This document shows, piece after piece, positions 26,914 through 35,030 of a DNA stretch of 58,483 nt. The position numbers and the translations under genes are program-made. Origin of the DNA: Anaerolineae bacterium (lineage in GTDB: Bacteria > Chloroflexota > Anaerolineae > B4-G1); assembly GCA_034430655.1 (NCBI GenBank), contig DAOUEC010000120.1:1-58483 (forward strand). Direction: 5' to 3'. The notes under the pieces were generated by a model. It was not told the origin of the DNA. It saw only the letters and a list, made by a program, of their open reading frames with translations, and ran no database searches. Position 1 is the stretch's first letter. Every line of letters begins with the position of its first letter.

Positions 26914-28599
26914 CTATTTGCGGCCCCTGACCGCCGTGAAGGCTCTCCGCACCTTCACGGGGGCATTCCTGGGCAGGAGTATGACCAGATGGTTGCGGGC
27001 ACGCGAGCAACCCACGTAGAGCAGCCGGATCATATCATCCCACTCGGGCGGCCAGCGGCGTACATCCGCCAGAATGACCACGGCGCGCTCCAGCCCTTTG
27101 AAATCATAAATCGTAGTGCAATAGACCTGGCCTCGTGGGGACGGCCAGATATCAGTCAACAGCGGCCCTTCGCTAGCACTGCCTTGCAAAAGCCGGTCCC
27201 TGCTCAGCGCCCGAGGTGTGAGCACGACAATCTCGTCGGCGGGGACCTGCTCGTCCACGGTCAGCCGGCGCAGAACATCTTGTAGGGTGAGGCACAGGCT
27301 TTGCGGATCATCGTAGGAGATCACTTCCACCTGCTGGCCCAGAGGGCCACGGGCGGTGGGAGAGACCTCGGCCTCGTAGAACTTCACGACCATCTGATGG
27401 ATGTTCTGGGTGTTGCGGCAGTTCACTGTCAGAGAATAGGGTGGCTGCTGGATGGGGAACGTGCCGTGCCGCACATAGAGGCGCTGGTTGTCGTCGAAGA
27501 AGATGTAGAGAATGCCGTGATCGGGGTCACGGAGTAGGGTTTGCAGTGGGATCCACCAGTCCTCACGAAAGTCCTGCCCCTCATCCATGACGATAGCGTC
27601 GTAGCGGATGCCCAGGGCGTCGGCGGCGTCCATCAGCGCCTCGGGCAGTTGTTGGTTAAAGAATGTGTCATTATCCCGTCTCACCGGCAGCACGCCAGCC
27701 CGCCGGGCCAGATCATAGCACAAGGCATGGAAGTTGGCGATGTCGAGGTTGGGAGATGGCTTCAACCGGGCCCGCAGATCGGCAGCCAGGTGCTTGTTGA
27801 AGCAGGTGAGCAAGACCCGGAATCCCTGGCGGGCCAGGCGACTGGCCTTTTCGACCGCCAGCATGGTCTTGCCCGACCCGGCACAGCCGCAGATGGCTGC
27901 CCGACGCTGCCGGTTGAGCGCGTCGAGGATCATATACTGCTGCTCGGTGAGGCGGAGGAGCTGTTCTCCCTCCTGGACGAACTTGCCCCACAGGGCCGGG
28001 CGCAGTTCCCGGGCCTTACCCAGGAGGTCCATAAGGGCCTGGAGTGCCTCTTCACCGGGAGCGGTGTCACGCTGGCTCTCCTGACCGCGCCAATAAGCCA
28101 GGGCTCGGCCGACCCATCCAGACAGGTCGGTCAAGTCGGTGGCGTCGAGGATGATCTGACGCGGCTTATCCGGACCCAGCGATATCTCACCAACGACGAC
28201 GTCGGGGAGGGCAATGGCATGGCCGACGTTGATGTGGTAACGAGGCATGTTTGGCATGCTCTGGAGCTGCTCCTGCAGCGCATACTTACTGTACCGCACC
28301 TGAACAAAGGGGGCCCTGATTTTGTGGGTCCGACCGTACCGGTCGGTGCTGGTCCAGTAGCCGGTGCGAGGATCGTAGCCGATACCGCCGCCCTTGGCTT
28401 CCAGGACCAGGATGCCACGCCGGGGGTGGGCGATGACGAAGTCGGCCTCCCCGTCGCGGGGACGGCCCTCGCCATCCAGCGACAGCCAGGCGACGCTGTG
28501 AAAGACAATATAGTCGTTATCCAGACCGTCGCGGAAGGCCTTATAGAGCTGCCGCTCGGCGTCGCTCTCGGTGTCTGGACTGAGTTGGTTGGGGTACAT
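26914..28599 (-). CDS. NERD-domain nuclease-like / SF1 (UvrD-type) helicase fusion protein
   Basis: The ORF track gives 606 aa from 28734; I prefer ATG 28599 (MYPNQLSPDTESDAERQLYKAF). NERD-like GEADFVIAHPRRGILVLEAKGG. Walker A GCAGSGKT. C-terminal YDFKGLERAVVIL and LLYVGCSRARNHLVIL (UvrD_C-like). Confidence 0.8.
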   Translation of the reverse strand: MYPNQLSPDTESDAERQLYKAFRDGLDNDYIVFHSVAWLSLDGEGRPRDGEADFVIAHPRRGILVLEAKGGGIGYDPRTGYWTSTDRYGRTHKIRAPFVQVRYSKYALQEQLQSMPNMPRYHINVGHAIALPDVVVGEISLGPDKPRQIILDATDLTDLSGWVGRALAYWRGQESQRDTAPGEEALQALMDLLGKARELRPALWGKFVQEGEQLLRLTEQQYMILDALNRQRRAAICGCAGSGKTMLAVEKASRLARQGFRVLLTCFNKHLAADLRARLKPSPNLDIANFHALCYDLARRAGVLPVRRDNDTFFNQQLPEALMDAADALGIRYDAIVMDEGQDFREDWWIPLQTLLRDPDHGILYIFFDDNQRLYVRHGTFPIQQPPYSLTVNCRNTQNIHQMVVKFYEAEVSPTARGPLGQQVEVISYDDPQSLCLTLQDVLRRLTVDEQVPADEIVVLTPRALSRDRLLQGSASEGPLLTDIWPSPRGQVYCTTIYDFKGLERAVVILADVRRWPPEWDDMIRLLYVGCSRARNHLVILLPRNAPVKVRRAFTAVRGRK

Positions 28600-28738
28600 A
28601 CGGGCCACAGGCCGGTTTCCTCCTACGTATTCGTTTTCTCCGTCCGCGAGCAGGCTCAAATCGTAACACTTCCTGCTACTCTGTTCAACCACTCCTCTTC
28701 CGAGGCATTGGCGCTCACCCGCGCCGACCCACACTCAC

Positions 28739-29164
28739 TCACGTCAGGTAGACGCCCGCGGCCGTGTCGAAGGCCTCCTCCGGCGTGCCGTAGAAGTCGC
28801 CCGACGGGAACATGGCCAGTTCGTACTTCTCGTTGCTGTAGGTGTAGAAGGCAAAACCCCAGCGCTCCTCGTCGCCGAAGTAGCGCAGGCGACACAGGTG
28901 CGTGGGCCTGTTGCGCAGCCGCTCCAGGTACTCCTCCCGGCTCTCGGGCCAGTCGGGCGGAGGCCAGCCGGGCGAGTCGACCGGCTCGGTATAGGCGTCA
29001 ATGTAGCAGAACTGACCTCGGAAGCGAAACTCCAGGCGGATGTACTTCTCAGCGAAGTGTTGCTCAGCATAGCGCCGGATGCGCTCCTCGGTCCGGCGCC
29101 TGACGGCCTCGGGGATTTTGACCCCGCCTGCATCCGGGTCACGCACCCAAACTCTTCGTGGCAT
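28739..29164 (-). CDS. Conserved-looking hypothetical protein
   Basis: 141 aa (MPRRVWVRDPDAGGVKIPEAVRRRTEERIRRYAEQHF...RWGFAFYTYSNEKYELAMFPSGDFYGTPEEAFDTAAGVYL). I chose this frame over the overlapping 28744..29169 frame, whose product is Ala/Arg/Ser/Pro-rich. Family not assigned. Confidence 0.55.
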   Translation of the reverse strand: MPRRVWVRDPDAGGVKIPEAVRRRTEERIRRYAEQHFAEKYIRLEFRFRGQFCYIDAYTEPVDSPGWPPPDWPESREEYLERLRNRPTHLCRLRYFGDEERWGFAFYTYSNEKYELAMFPSGDFYGTPEEAFDTAAGVYLT

Positions 29165-29182
29165 GACAAACCTCCCGTCAGT

Positions 29183-29939
29183 TCAAAGCGTATAGCGCTC
29201 CTCGATCTCCTGTGCCCGAAGTATCCCCTCTTCCGTCAGCGTCACCGACTTGGCGCGGCGAGTCTGGCTGATGTACCCCTGCTCCTCCAGTGCGTCCAGC
29301 ACCTCGAAGAGATACCCCTTCCAGGCCCGGCGAACGATGAGGTCAGGCGCCAGTTTCTCCTCCCACGAGCAGAGATAGATCAGCAGCAGCGTCAAGTCCT
29401 CGATCAGCGCGTCACGGGACGGTTCCTCCTCGGGCTCCGGCTCGGGTTCCTCGGGCGGCTCAATGGGGTTGGTCGGTTCAATATCCTCGCTCTCCAGCCA
29501 CCAGGAGATGCGCTCGTAGATGCAGCGGTCACTAAAGGCAAACCAACGCTCTCGCTCGGCCGGGTATTCGGCCAGGACATCCTTGAAGTAGCGAAACGCC
29601 CCCTGCCCCTGGATCGCCTGCCACAGCCGGTCTCGCAGGCGATCGTTGCGCACCGTGGAGATAAAGCGCTCCATATCGCGGTAGTCCTCGTGGCTATCGG
29701 CCTGGGATTGCGATGTAGCGGGTGCCGTACCCTTCCTCGACTTGCCGTGCCTGCTCAATCGCATGCTGCATCCAGTCGGGCAGTTCGTACTCGGGCGGCT
29801 CCTCCAGGTAGCCGGAGACCTCGTCGGTGACCGTTACGACCTCACCGGTCTCCAGGTCCAGATAAGACTGCATCTCCCACGAGCCGGTCTGGAAGGCAGC
29901 GTCCAGTTCCATCCAGTCAATCTCAAGCTTGCGCTTCAT
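29183..29939 (-). pseudogene. UPF0158-like gene split by a 1-nt frameshift (or sequencing error), with an extra C-terminal winged-helix-like domain
   Basis: ORF 29694..29939 ends ..GTRYIAIPGR*. The other frame (29183..29764) continues ..QADSHEDYRDMERFISTVRNDRLRDRLWQAIQGQGAFRYFKDVLAEYPAERERW. The junction is atc cca g gcc gat agc, around 29700-29712. Confidence 0.6.
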
Positions 29940-32900
29940 CCGCCTCTCCTTCCAGGTACCCCTGCACCAGTTCGATCACCGCAGCCCCATACTGCTCCAG
30001 TTTGCGCGGGCCAACGCCCTTCAACCCGGACAAAGCCTCCAGCGTAACGGGCCGGTGTGCGGCGATGGCACGCAGGTGGCTGTCGTGGAAGACGGTGTAG
30101 GGCGGCACCTCCTGCGCGTGGGCCTGCTCCAGCCGCCACGCGCGCAAGGTCTGGAACAGTGCCTCGTCCATATCCAGTCCCACCGCATCTTTCTTGGATG
30201 ATTCCCTAGACGGCTTGCGTGATGTTGGTGGTGACGGTGGCTGCTTCTCCACTGGACTGAGCAGGCCATCTAACGCATCCGGGTTCTGCAGCGCCGCCTG
30301 GCCCGCGGGCGTGAGGTCGAGCACGGCGCCGCCGTGGTCGAGACGCCGTGCCCGCAGAAACCCGCCGCCCTCCAGGTGGTCCAGCATACGCTCGACGGCC
30401 GTCTTCGAGCGGAAGGCCAGCGCCCCAAAACCAGCACAGTCGCGGGCCTTCTCGTGGAGAGGCTGTGCGCCAGGGCGAGTCCGGTCGTCGCCGCGCAAGA
30501 TGCGCACCAGGCTGAACCGTCCCCAGCTCCACGGCGCGTCCGACACACAGCGCAGGGTAGTCAACAACTGCTCCCGCTCGTCGGGTAGACCGGCATCGGG
30601 CAGGGGTGGGATCTCTACGCAGTTATCGCAGGCAGTGCAGCGCTCGATGACGCGGCCGCCCAGGTAAGCATTGATGTAGCCGTGGCGGCAGCGGCCGGTC
30701 CGGGCGTAGGCGGCGATCTCGTCCACGCGCTGGGCCTGGATGGTCTCGTCCCGCTCCAGCAACGTGCCGATCCGCCCGGCGGCGTCCGCGGGTGGCGGCA
30801 GCAATTCCAGCAGCAGGTCACGCCCGGACGAGTGGTAGTTCAGCCAGCCGGCGTCGGCCCACTCCAACACCCTCCGCTCAACGTCATCAAGGGACAACCC
30901 GGCCCGCCGCGCCACGTCCGCCAGGTCCAAGGTCAGCGATTGGCCAGGGCGCAGGCGAGCAGCCTGGCAGAAGGCCGCCAAATCGGGCGCGGAGGCGGGC
31001 ACATCGCTGATCGTCAGGCGGATGACCGCGGTACGGGGGAAGTCGGGGCCGCGCCGCAAGAGGCCGGCCTCCTCCAGCAGGCTCAGGGTGACCCGCACGC
31101 GCGTCTCGTCGGCCTGCAAGTCGCGCTCCAGGTCCGCCGCCGCGACCCGGCCGGGCGAGACCCCTCCCAGGCGGCGTTTGACGGCCGCGTAAACCGCCCG
31201 CAGGAACTCGACCGGTAACACGTCTTTGCGGGCGCGGCGGGTCAGCGTGGCCCGGTCCGAGGGAGCGTACATCAGCAGACAGCGGGCGGGCAACCCATCT
31301 CGCCCGGCCCGGCCGGCCTCCTGATAGTAAGCCTCCAGCGAGTTGGACGGGACGAAATGGACAATGAAGCGGATGTCCGGCTTGTCAATGCCCAGGCCGA
31401 AGGCGATGGTCGCCACGACAACGCGGATGCGGCCGGCCATGAAGTCGTCCTGCGCCCGGGCGCGGTCGGCGATGCCGGCGTGGTAGTGACCGGCCACGAT
31501 GCCGCGTCCGCGCAGCAGCGCGGCCAGTTCCTCGCAGCGGGCGCGCGTGCCCGCGTAGATGATGCCACTGCCGGACTCGGCCCGGCAGAAGGCCAGCAGG
31601 CGGCGCAGTTTGTCGTCGGGGTTGCGGGCGTAGAAGACCTCCAGTTGCAGGTTGGGCCGGGTCACGTCCCCAGCGATGATGCGCATGCCATGTCCTGAGC
31701 CAGTCTCAGTGTCACCCAGGTGACGGATGATATCCCGCCGCACGCGGGGTGGTGCCGTCGCGGTCATCGCTAACAGCGGCGGGTTGCCCAACGCCTGCCG
31801 GGCCCGCCCGATGGTGAGATAATCGGGCCGGAAATCATGGCCCCACACGCTGACACAGTGTGCTTCGTCAATCACCAGCCGGTCCACGCCCGCGCGCCGC
31901 AGCGTGTGCAGGAAGACAGGTTGGCGCAGCCGCTCCGGGGCAGCGTAGACCAGCCGGTAGGCACCATCGGCGGCCTGCTCTAGCCGCCGGCGCAGTGCAT
32001 CTCTCTCCAGGCTGCTGTCAATGTTAGCCGCCCGACGCCTCAGCCCTGCCGGCAATGAGTCTACCTGGTCCTTCATCAACGCGATGAGCGGCGAGATGAC
32101 CAAGGTCGTGCCCCGTTCGGCGAGAAGCGCCGGGAGTTGGTAGCAGAGCGACTTGCCGCCGCCAGTCGGCAGGATGGTCAGCACGTCCTCGCCACGCAGG
32201 ACGCAGGCGAGGGTCTCCAACTGGCCAGGCAGGAGGGTGTCGAAGCCGAAGAGCCGCCTGGCAGCCTCCGCGATGTGCACCCGCTCCTCTTCGGAGACAG
32301 GCACCTGGTCGAAGGTGGGCAGGGGTTCGGCGGGCGGGGGTTCCCTCTCTTCCAAAGGACCGGGGCGCAGTGCGGGGGCAGCGGCAGGTCGCGCCCGGGG
32401 GGTCGGGGAAAGGACTGCTCTCAGTTCGGCCAGTTCGTCCGCGTAGCGGCGCTCCAGTTCGGCCTCCAGGTCGGCGACGCGGGTCTCCTCACCGCTGGCC
32501 TGGAAGTAGTCGCGCAGCCGGCGCAGGTAGGTGACGGGCAGCGGCGCTTCGTCGGTGGCAGTGCGCAGCAAGCGCACGGCGTAGCCGCTGGCGGTCACCA
32601 AGTCATCGCGGGCCTGGTAGAAGGAGACCATCCCCAGCAGGTAGGCGCGACCCTGGGGGCGCAACTCGCTCACGCGCCGGTAGGCGGCCAGTGCGGCCTC
32701 TGTGTCCCCTCGTGCCAGTTCAACCTCACCCAGTAGTCCCCAGTAGGTTGCCCTATTCTCCCGCTCCTGGATGAGTGCGCAGACGACTTGATTGGCGGTC
32801 TCCACATCCCCCTGGGTCAGGTGAATGTGGGCCAGGAGCGCCCGGGCAGCGAGGGATGTGCTGCGCTCCAGGCGCTCCTGCATCACCGCCAGCGCATTGT

Positions 32901-33150
32901 CGGGCCGGTCCTGGGCCAAGAAGGCCTTCGCCCGCCAGTCGAACAGCGAGACACGGGGGGAAGTGCTGGTGACGAGCGCATCCAGACAGGCGTGGAGCAC
33001 ATCCGCGTGCTCCCAGCGCAGAAGGAATCTAAACAAGCGGCCGCGGTCACGGCCTGAGAGCACGCGGACCCGAGCAATCGTCAGGCCAAGTTCATCCAAT
33101 ACAGATTGGGATTTGTTCATTGTCTCATTGTTCATTGGTTCATTGTTCAT
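29923..33150 (-). CDS. recQ: RecQ-family ATP-dependent DNA helicase with N-terminal TPR-like region and C-terminal HRDC domain
   Basis: 1075 aa. Contains LLPGQLETLACVLRGEDVLTILPTGGGKSLCYQLPAL, the DEAH box LVIDEAHCVSVWGHDFRPDY, the Zn-finger CRHGYINAYLGG..CTACDNC and the HRDC segment LFQTLRAWRLEQAHAQEVPPYTVFHDSHLRAIA. The candidate starts 33150, 33135 and 33120 all lie inside a heptamer repeat array. Confidence 0.85.
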   Translation of the reverse strand: MNNEPMNNETMNKSQSVLDELGLTIARVRVLSGRDRGRLFRFLLRWEHADVLHACLDALVTSTSPRVSLFDWRAKAFLAQDRPDNALAVMQERLERSTSLAARALLAHIHLTQGDVETANQVVCALIQERENRATYWGLLGEVELARGDTEAALAAYRRVSELRPQGRAYLLGMVSFYQARDDLVTASGYAVRLLRTATDEAPLPVTYLRRLRDYFQASGEETRVADLEAELERRYADELAELRAVLSPTPRARPAAAPALRPGPLEEREPPPAEPLPTFDQVPVSEEERVHIAEAARRLFGFDTLLPGQLETLACVLRGEDVLTILPTGGGKSLCYQLPALLAERGTTLVISPLIALMKDQVDSLPAGLRRRAANIDSSLERDALRRRLEQAADGAYRLVYAAPERLRQPVFLHTLRRAGVDRLVIDEAHCVSVWGHDFRPDYLTIGRARQALGNPPLLAMTATAPPRVRRDIIRHLGDTETGSGHGMRIIAGDVTRPNLQLEVFYARNPDDKLRRLLAFCRAESGSGIIYAGTRARCEELAALLRGRGIVAGHYHAGIADRARAQDDFMAGRIRVVVATIAFGLGIDKPDIRFIVHFVPSNSLEAYYQEAGRAGRDGLPARCLLMYAPSDRATLTRRARKDVLPVEFLRAVYAAVKRRLGGVSPGRVAAADLERDLQADETRVRVTLSLLEEAGLLRRGPDFPRTAVIRLTISDVPASAPDLAAFCQAARLRPGQSLTLDLADVARRAGLSLDDVERRVLEWADAGWLNYHSSGRDLLLELLPPPADAAGRIGTLLERDETIQAQRVDEIAAYARTGRCRHGYINAYLGGRVIERCTACDNCVEIPPLPDAGLPDEREQLLTTLRCVSDAPWSWGRFSLVRILRGDDRTRPGAQPLHEKARDCAGFGALAFRSKTAVERMLDHLEGGGFLRARRLDHGGAVLDLTPAGQAALQNPDALDGLLSPVEKQPPSPPTSRKPSRESSKKDAVGLDMDEALFQTLRAWRLEQAHAQEVPPYTVFHDSHLRAIAAHRPVTLEALSGLKGVGPRKLEQYGAAVIELVQGYLEGEADEAQA

Positions 33151-33177
33151 TGTTCATTGTCCATTGTTCATTGATTC
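33113..33177. repeat. Heptamer (7-8 nt) tandem array, TTGTTCA type
   Basis: TTGTTCA TTGTCTCA TTGTTCA TTGGTTCA TTGTTCA TTGTTCA TTGTCCA TTGTTCA TTGATTC. It spans the stop codon of the 33154..33876 gene and the first codons of the RecQ ORF. Confidence 0.85.
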
Positions 33178-33876
33178 GTAATCCGGCACGACGTGCACGC
33201 CGACGACGAGGGGCCAATACTCCCCCTGCCAGTTGCGGCTCAGCCCCACAGCCAGGTAAAGGGCCTCGGCCCCCAGCCGCTCACAGAGCGCCTCGTGGTC
33301 CAGCGTCAGAAGGCCGCCTCTCTCCCCCAGCCAGGCCCGGCCCAGCGCGCGCCACTTGAGGTCGGTCACAGAGACGCCGCGTCGGCTGGTGGCCCGAGGA
33401 TGGTTGACATCGTCCGGCAGCACGAAGCCCATCCGCGCCTCGTACTTGCCGGAGTAACCGTCCAGCGAGAAGCGCGCCCACACCTGCTCCGGCTGCACCA
33501 GGCAGAGCGAGCGGGTGTGTTGGATAAGCACGTCCTCTGGGGCGCGGTCGAGATATTTGGCGAAGAATCGGGCCCGCTTCCCCCCCTCCAGGCGGCGCAG
33601 CAGCCGTGGGCGGTGGTGGACGAAATCGGTGAGCCAGTCCTCGACGTGGGGCGGATCGGGATGCGGCGCGAGCAGGTTCAATTCGACCACGTCGCCGCAT
33701 TGCACCAGGCGATCGCCAGCATCGGTCATGTCGCCCGGCAGAAGGGTGTCGAATTCACGCACCGGGCGCACCCAGCGCAGGCTGGTGACGGGATCGGGCT
33801 CGCGGGTGAAGCCGGCCGTGCAGATACCGCTGAGCATTTTGGTCATTGCCAGGATGAGGACTTCTCGTGGGGGCAT
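33154..33876 (-). CDS. Hypothetical protein, family unassigned (faint recollection of a dual-OB-type domain family)
   Basis: 240 aa. MPPREVLILAMTKMLSGICTAGFT...LRWVRPV. I vaguely recall this N-terminal pattern from a family described as a dual OB domain, but I cannot verify that without an HMM search. It ends 3 nt before the RecQ ORF, in the same frame. Confidence 0.5.
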   Translation of the reverse strand: MPPREVLILAMTKMLSGICTAGFTREPDPVTSLRWVRPVREFDTLLPGDMTDAGDRLVQCGDVVELNLLAPHPDPPHVEDWLTDFVHHRPRLLRRLEGGKRARFFAKYLDRAPEDVLIQHTRSLCLVQPEQVWARFSLDGYSGKYEARMGFVLPDDVNHPRATSRRGVSVTDLKWRALGRAWLGERGGLLTLDHEALCERLGAEALYLAVGLSRNWQGEYWPLVVGVHVVPDYESMNNGQ

Positions 33877-33898
33877 GGTGTTCTCCGGATAAGGCCGT

Positions 33899-34375
33899 TC
33901 AATCTTCGCGGTCTGCCACTGCTCTTCCTTGCCGTTCTCGCAACTTGAGCAACGCCCGCAGGTCCTCCAGGTCCTTGGGACGGCCGGCGGCCTGCTTCAT
34001 AGCAATCAGGTCATCCAGGCTGGCGAACCAGGTCCGCGTCTCCCCGATGACTCCTTCCACCCTGTTGGCCCACACCTGGTCAAAAGTGACCCCGGCGACG
34101 AAGGGATGTATATCCGTCTCCACCCAGTACTGGCGGATGAGGATCTTCTTGGTCAGCATATCCTCAATCGTCAGGTCAGTCACGTCGTAGCCGAAACCCC
34201 TTAGCGCGGCCCAGGTGCGCTGGGCGTTCTCTTCCGCCGGTTCGATGAAGATGTCCACGTCCAGCGTGGCCCGCACGTAGCCGTGCACCGGAAATGCGGT
34301 CGCACCGATGATGATGTACCGCACGCTATGATCGTTTAACGATTTCAACAGGCCTTCGATGTCCATGTCGCTCAA
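33899..34375 (-). CDS. Small nucleotidyltransferase-fold protein (MNT/AbiEii-like, DUF6036-type)
   Basis: 158 aa. YIIIGATAFPVHGYVRATLDVDIFI (a GxxA...DxD pattern like the NTase GS...DxD motif) and C-terminal ASLDDLIAMKQAAGRPKDLEDL. Confidence 0.65.
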   Translation of the reverse strand: MSDMDIEGLLKSLNDHSVRYIIIGATAFPVHGYVRATLDVDIFIEPAEENAQRTWAALRGFGYDVTDLTIEDMLTKKILIRQYWVETDIHPFVAGVTFDQVWANRVEGVIGETRTWFASLDDLIAMKQAAGRPKDLEDLRALLKLRERQGRAVADRED

Positions 34376-34517
34376 GCATCTCCTGAAGTTGTCGGCTGCG
34401 CCAGAACATCATCTCGAACCGTCGCTGGAGGGGGATGGTCGCCAGATAGTCCAGTTCAAATTCCAGTTCCCGTTCCTCGTCCTGCTCGCCCTGGGAGACT
34501 TTCAGAATAGGAGACAT
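34326..34517 (-). CDS. Small acidic protein, putative partner of the nucleotidyltransferase
   Basis: 63 aa from ATG 34517 (MSPILKVSQGEQDEERELEFELDYLATIPLQRRFEMMFW..). It overlaps the NTase gene by 41-50 nt, a toxin-antitoxin-like arrangement. Confidence 0.45.
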   Translation of the reverse strand: MSPILKVSQGEQDEERELEFELDYLATIPLQRRFEMMFWRSRQLQEMLERHGHRRPVEIVKRS

Positions 34518-34548
34518 CGTGTCCCTCCTCCAGCCGCAGCCATATCGG

Positions 34549-34989
34549 TTACAAATGGACAATGTTTAGCCCTGGCAGGTGCGCGGCCCAGTATTCGGCG
34601 ACGAGGCGGCGGTGGCAGTGGTCGGCGGTCGGTTCGGCGCAGAGGAGGCACGGGGCGCGATAGCGGGCCAGGATTTCGCGGCCCACCTCCTCGGCGTCTC
34701 GTTCCGCCAAAAGTGGGATGAAGCGGATTTCGTAGGCCACCCAATCCTTATCCTCGCGATAGGCATCGAAGATCTCGGGCGCGGGGGCCAATTCGGGGCG
34801 GTGCTCGTAGGCGATGGAGAATCCCTCGCGCAGCAGAAACGCCAGGTCGTCCCGCTTGGTGTAACCGGCCAGGTGAGAGGTGTTGCGCAGGCGCACGTCA
34901 ATCACCGCGTCCACGCCGGCCTCTTGCAGTTGGCCGATGAACATCGCCAGCGGTTTGCGCTGGTAGCCGATGGTGTAAATGGTAGACAT
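34549..34989 (-). CDS. DUF488-family protein (paralog 1)
   Basis: The ORF track starts at 35181; I prefer ATG 34989 (MSTIYTIGYQRKPLAMFIGQLQEAGVDAVIDVRLRNTS...LLCAEPTADHCHRRLVAEYW). Typical DUF488 pattern. Confidence 0.75.
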   Translation of the reverse strand: MSTIYTIGYQRKPLAMFIGQLQEAGVDAVIDVRLRNTSHLAGYTKRDDLAFLLREGFSIAYEHRPELAPAPEIFDAYREDKDWVAYEIRFIPLLAERDAEEVGREILARYRAPCLLCAEPTADHCHRRLVAEYWAAHLPGLNIVHL

Positions 34990-35030
34990 CCGATGCTCTC
35001 CCCAGAGGTAGGGGCGGGGTGACCCCGCCC

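Noticed and set aside
27541-29103. 520-aa plus-strand ORF (and the 27734..28084 and 28898..29830 ORFs) opposite the helicase and neighbouring genes
   Set aside because: It is antisense to a well-supported NERD/SF1 helicase gene. The product is Arg/Pro/Gly/Ala-rich low-complexity sequence typical of off-frame ORFs in high-GC DNA, with no recognisable motif.
28744-29169. 141-aa ORF in the alternative frame to 28739..29164
   Set aside because: Its product is Ala/Arg/Ser/Pro/Thr-rich with no structure-like pattern. The competing frame gives a balanced, protein-like sequence.
33113-33177. CRISPR array or other spacer-containing repeat
   Set aside because: The period is 7-8 nt with no unique spacers. 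This is a simple tandem repeat. No CRISPR-like repeat-spacer structure was seen anywhere in the window.
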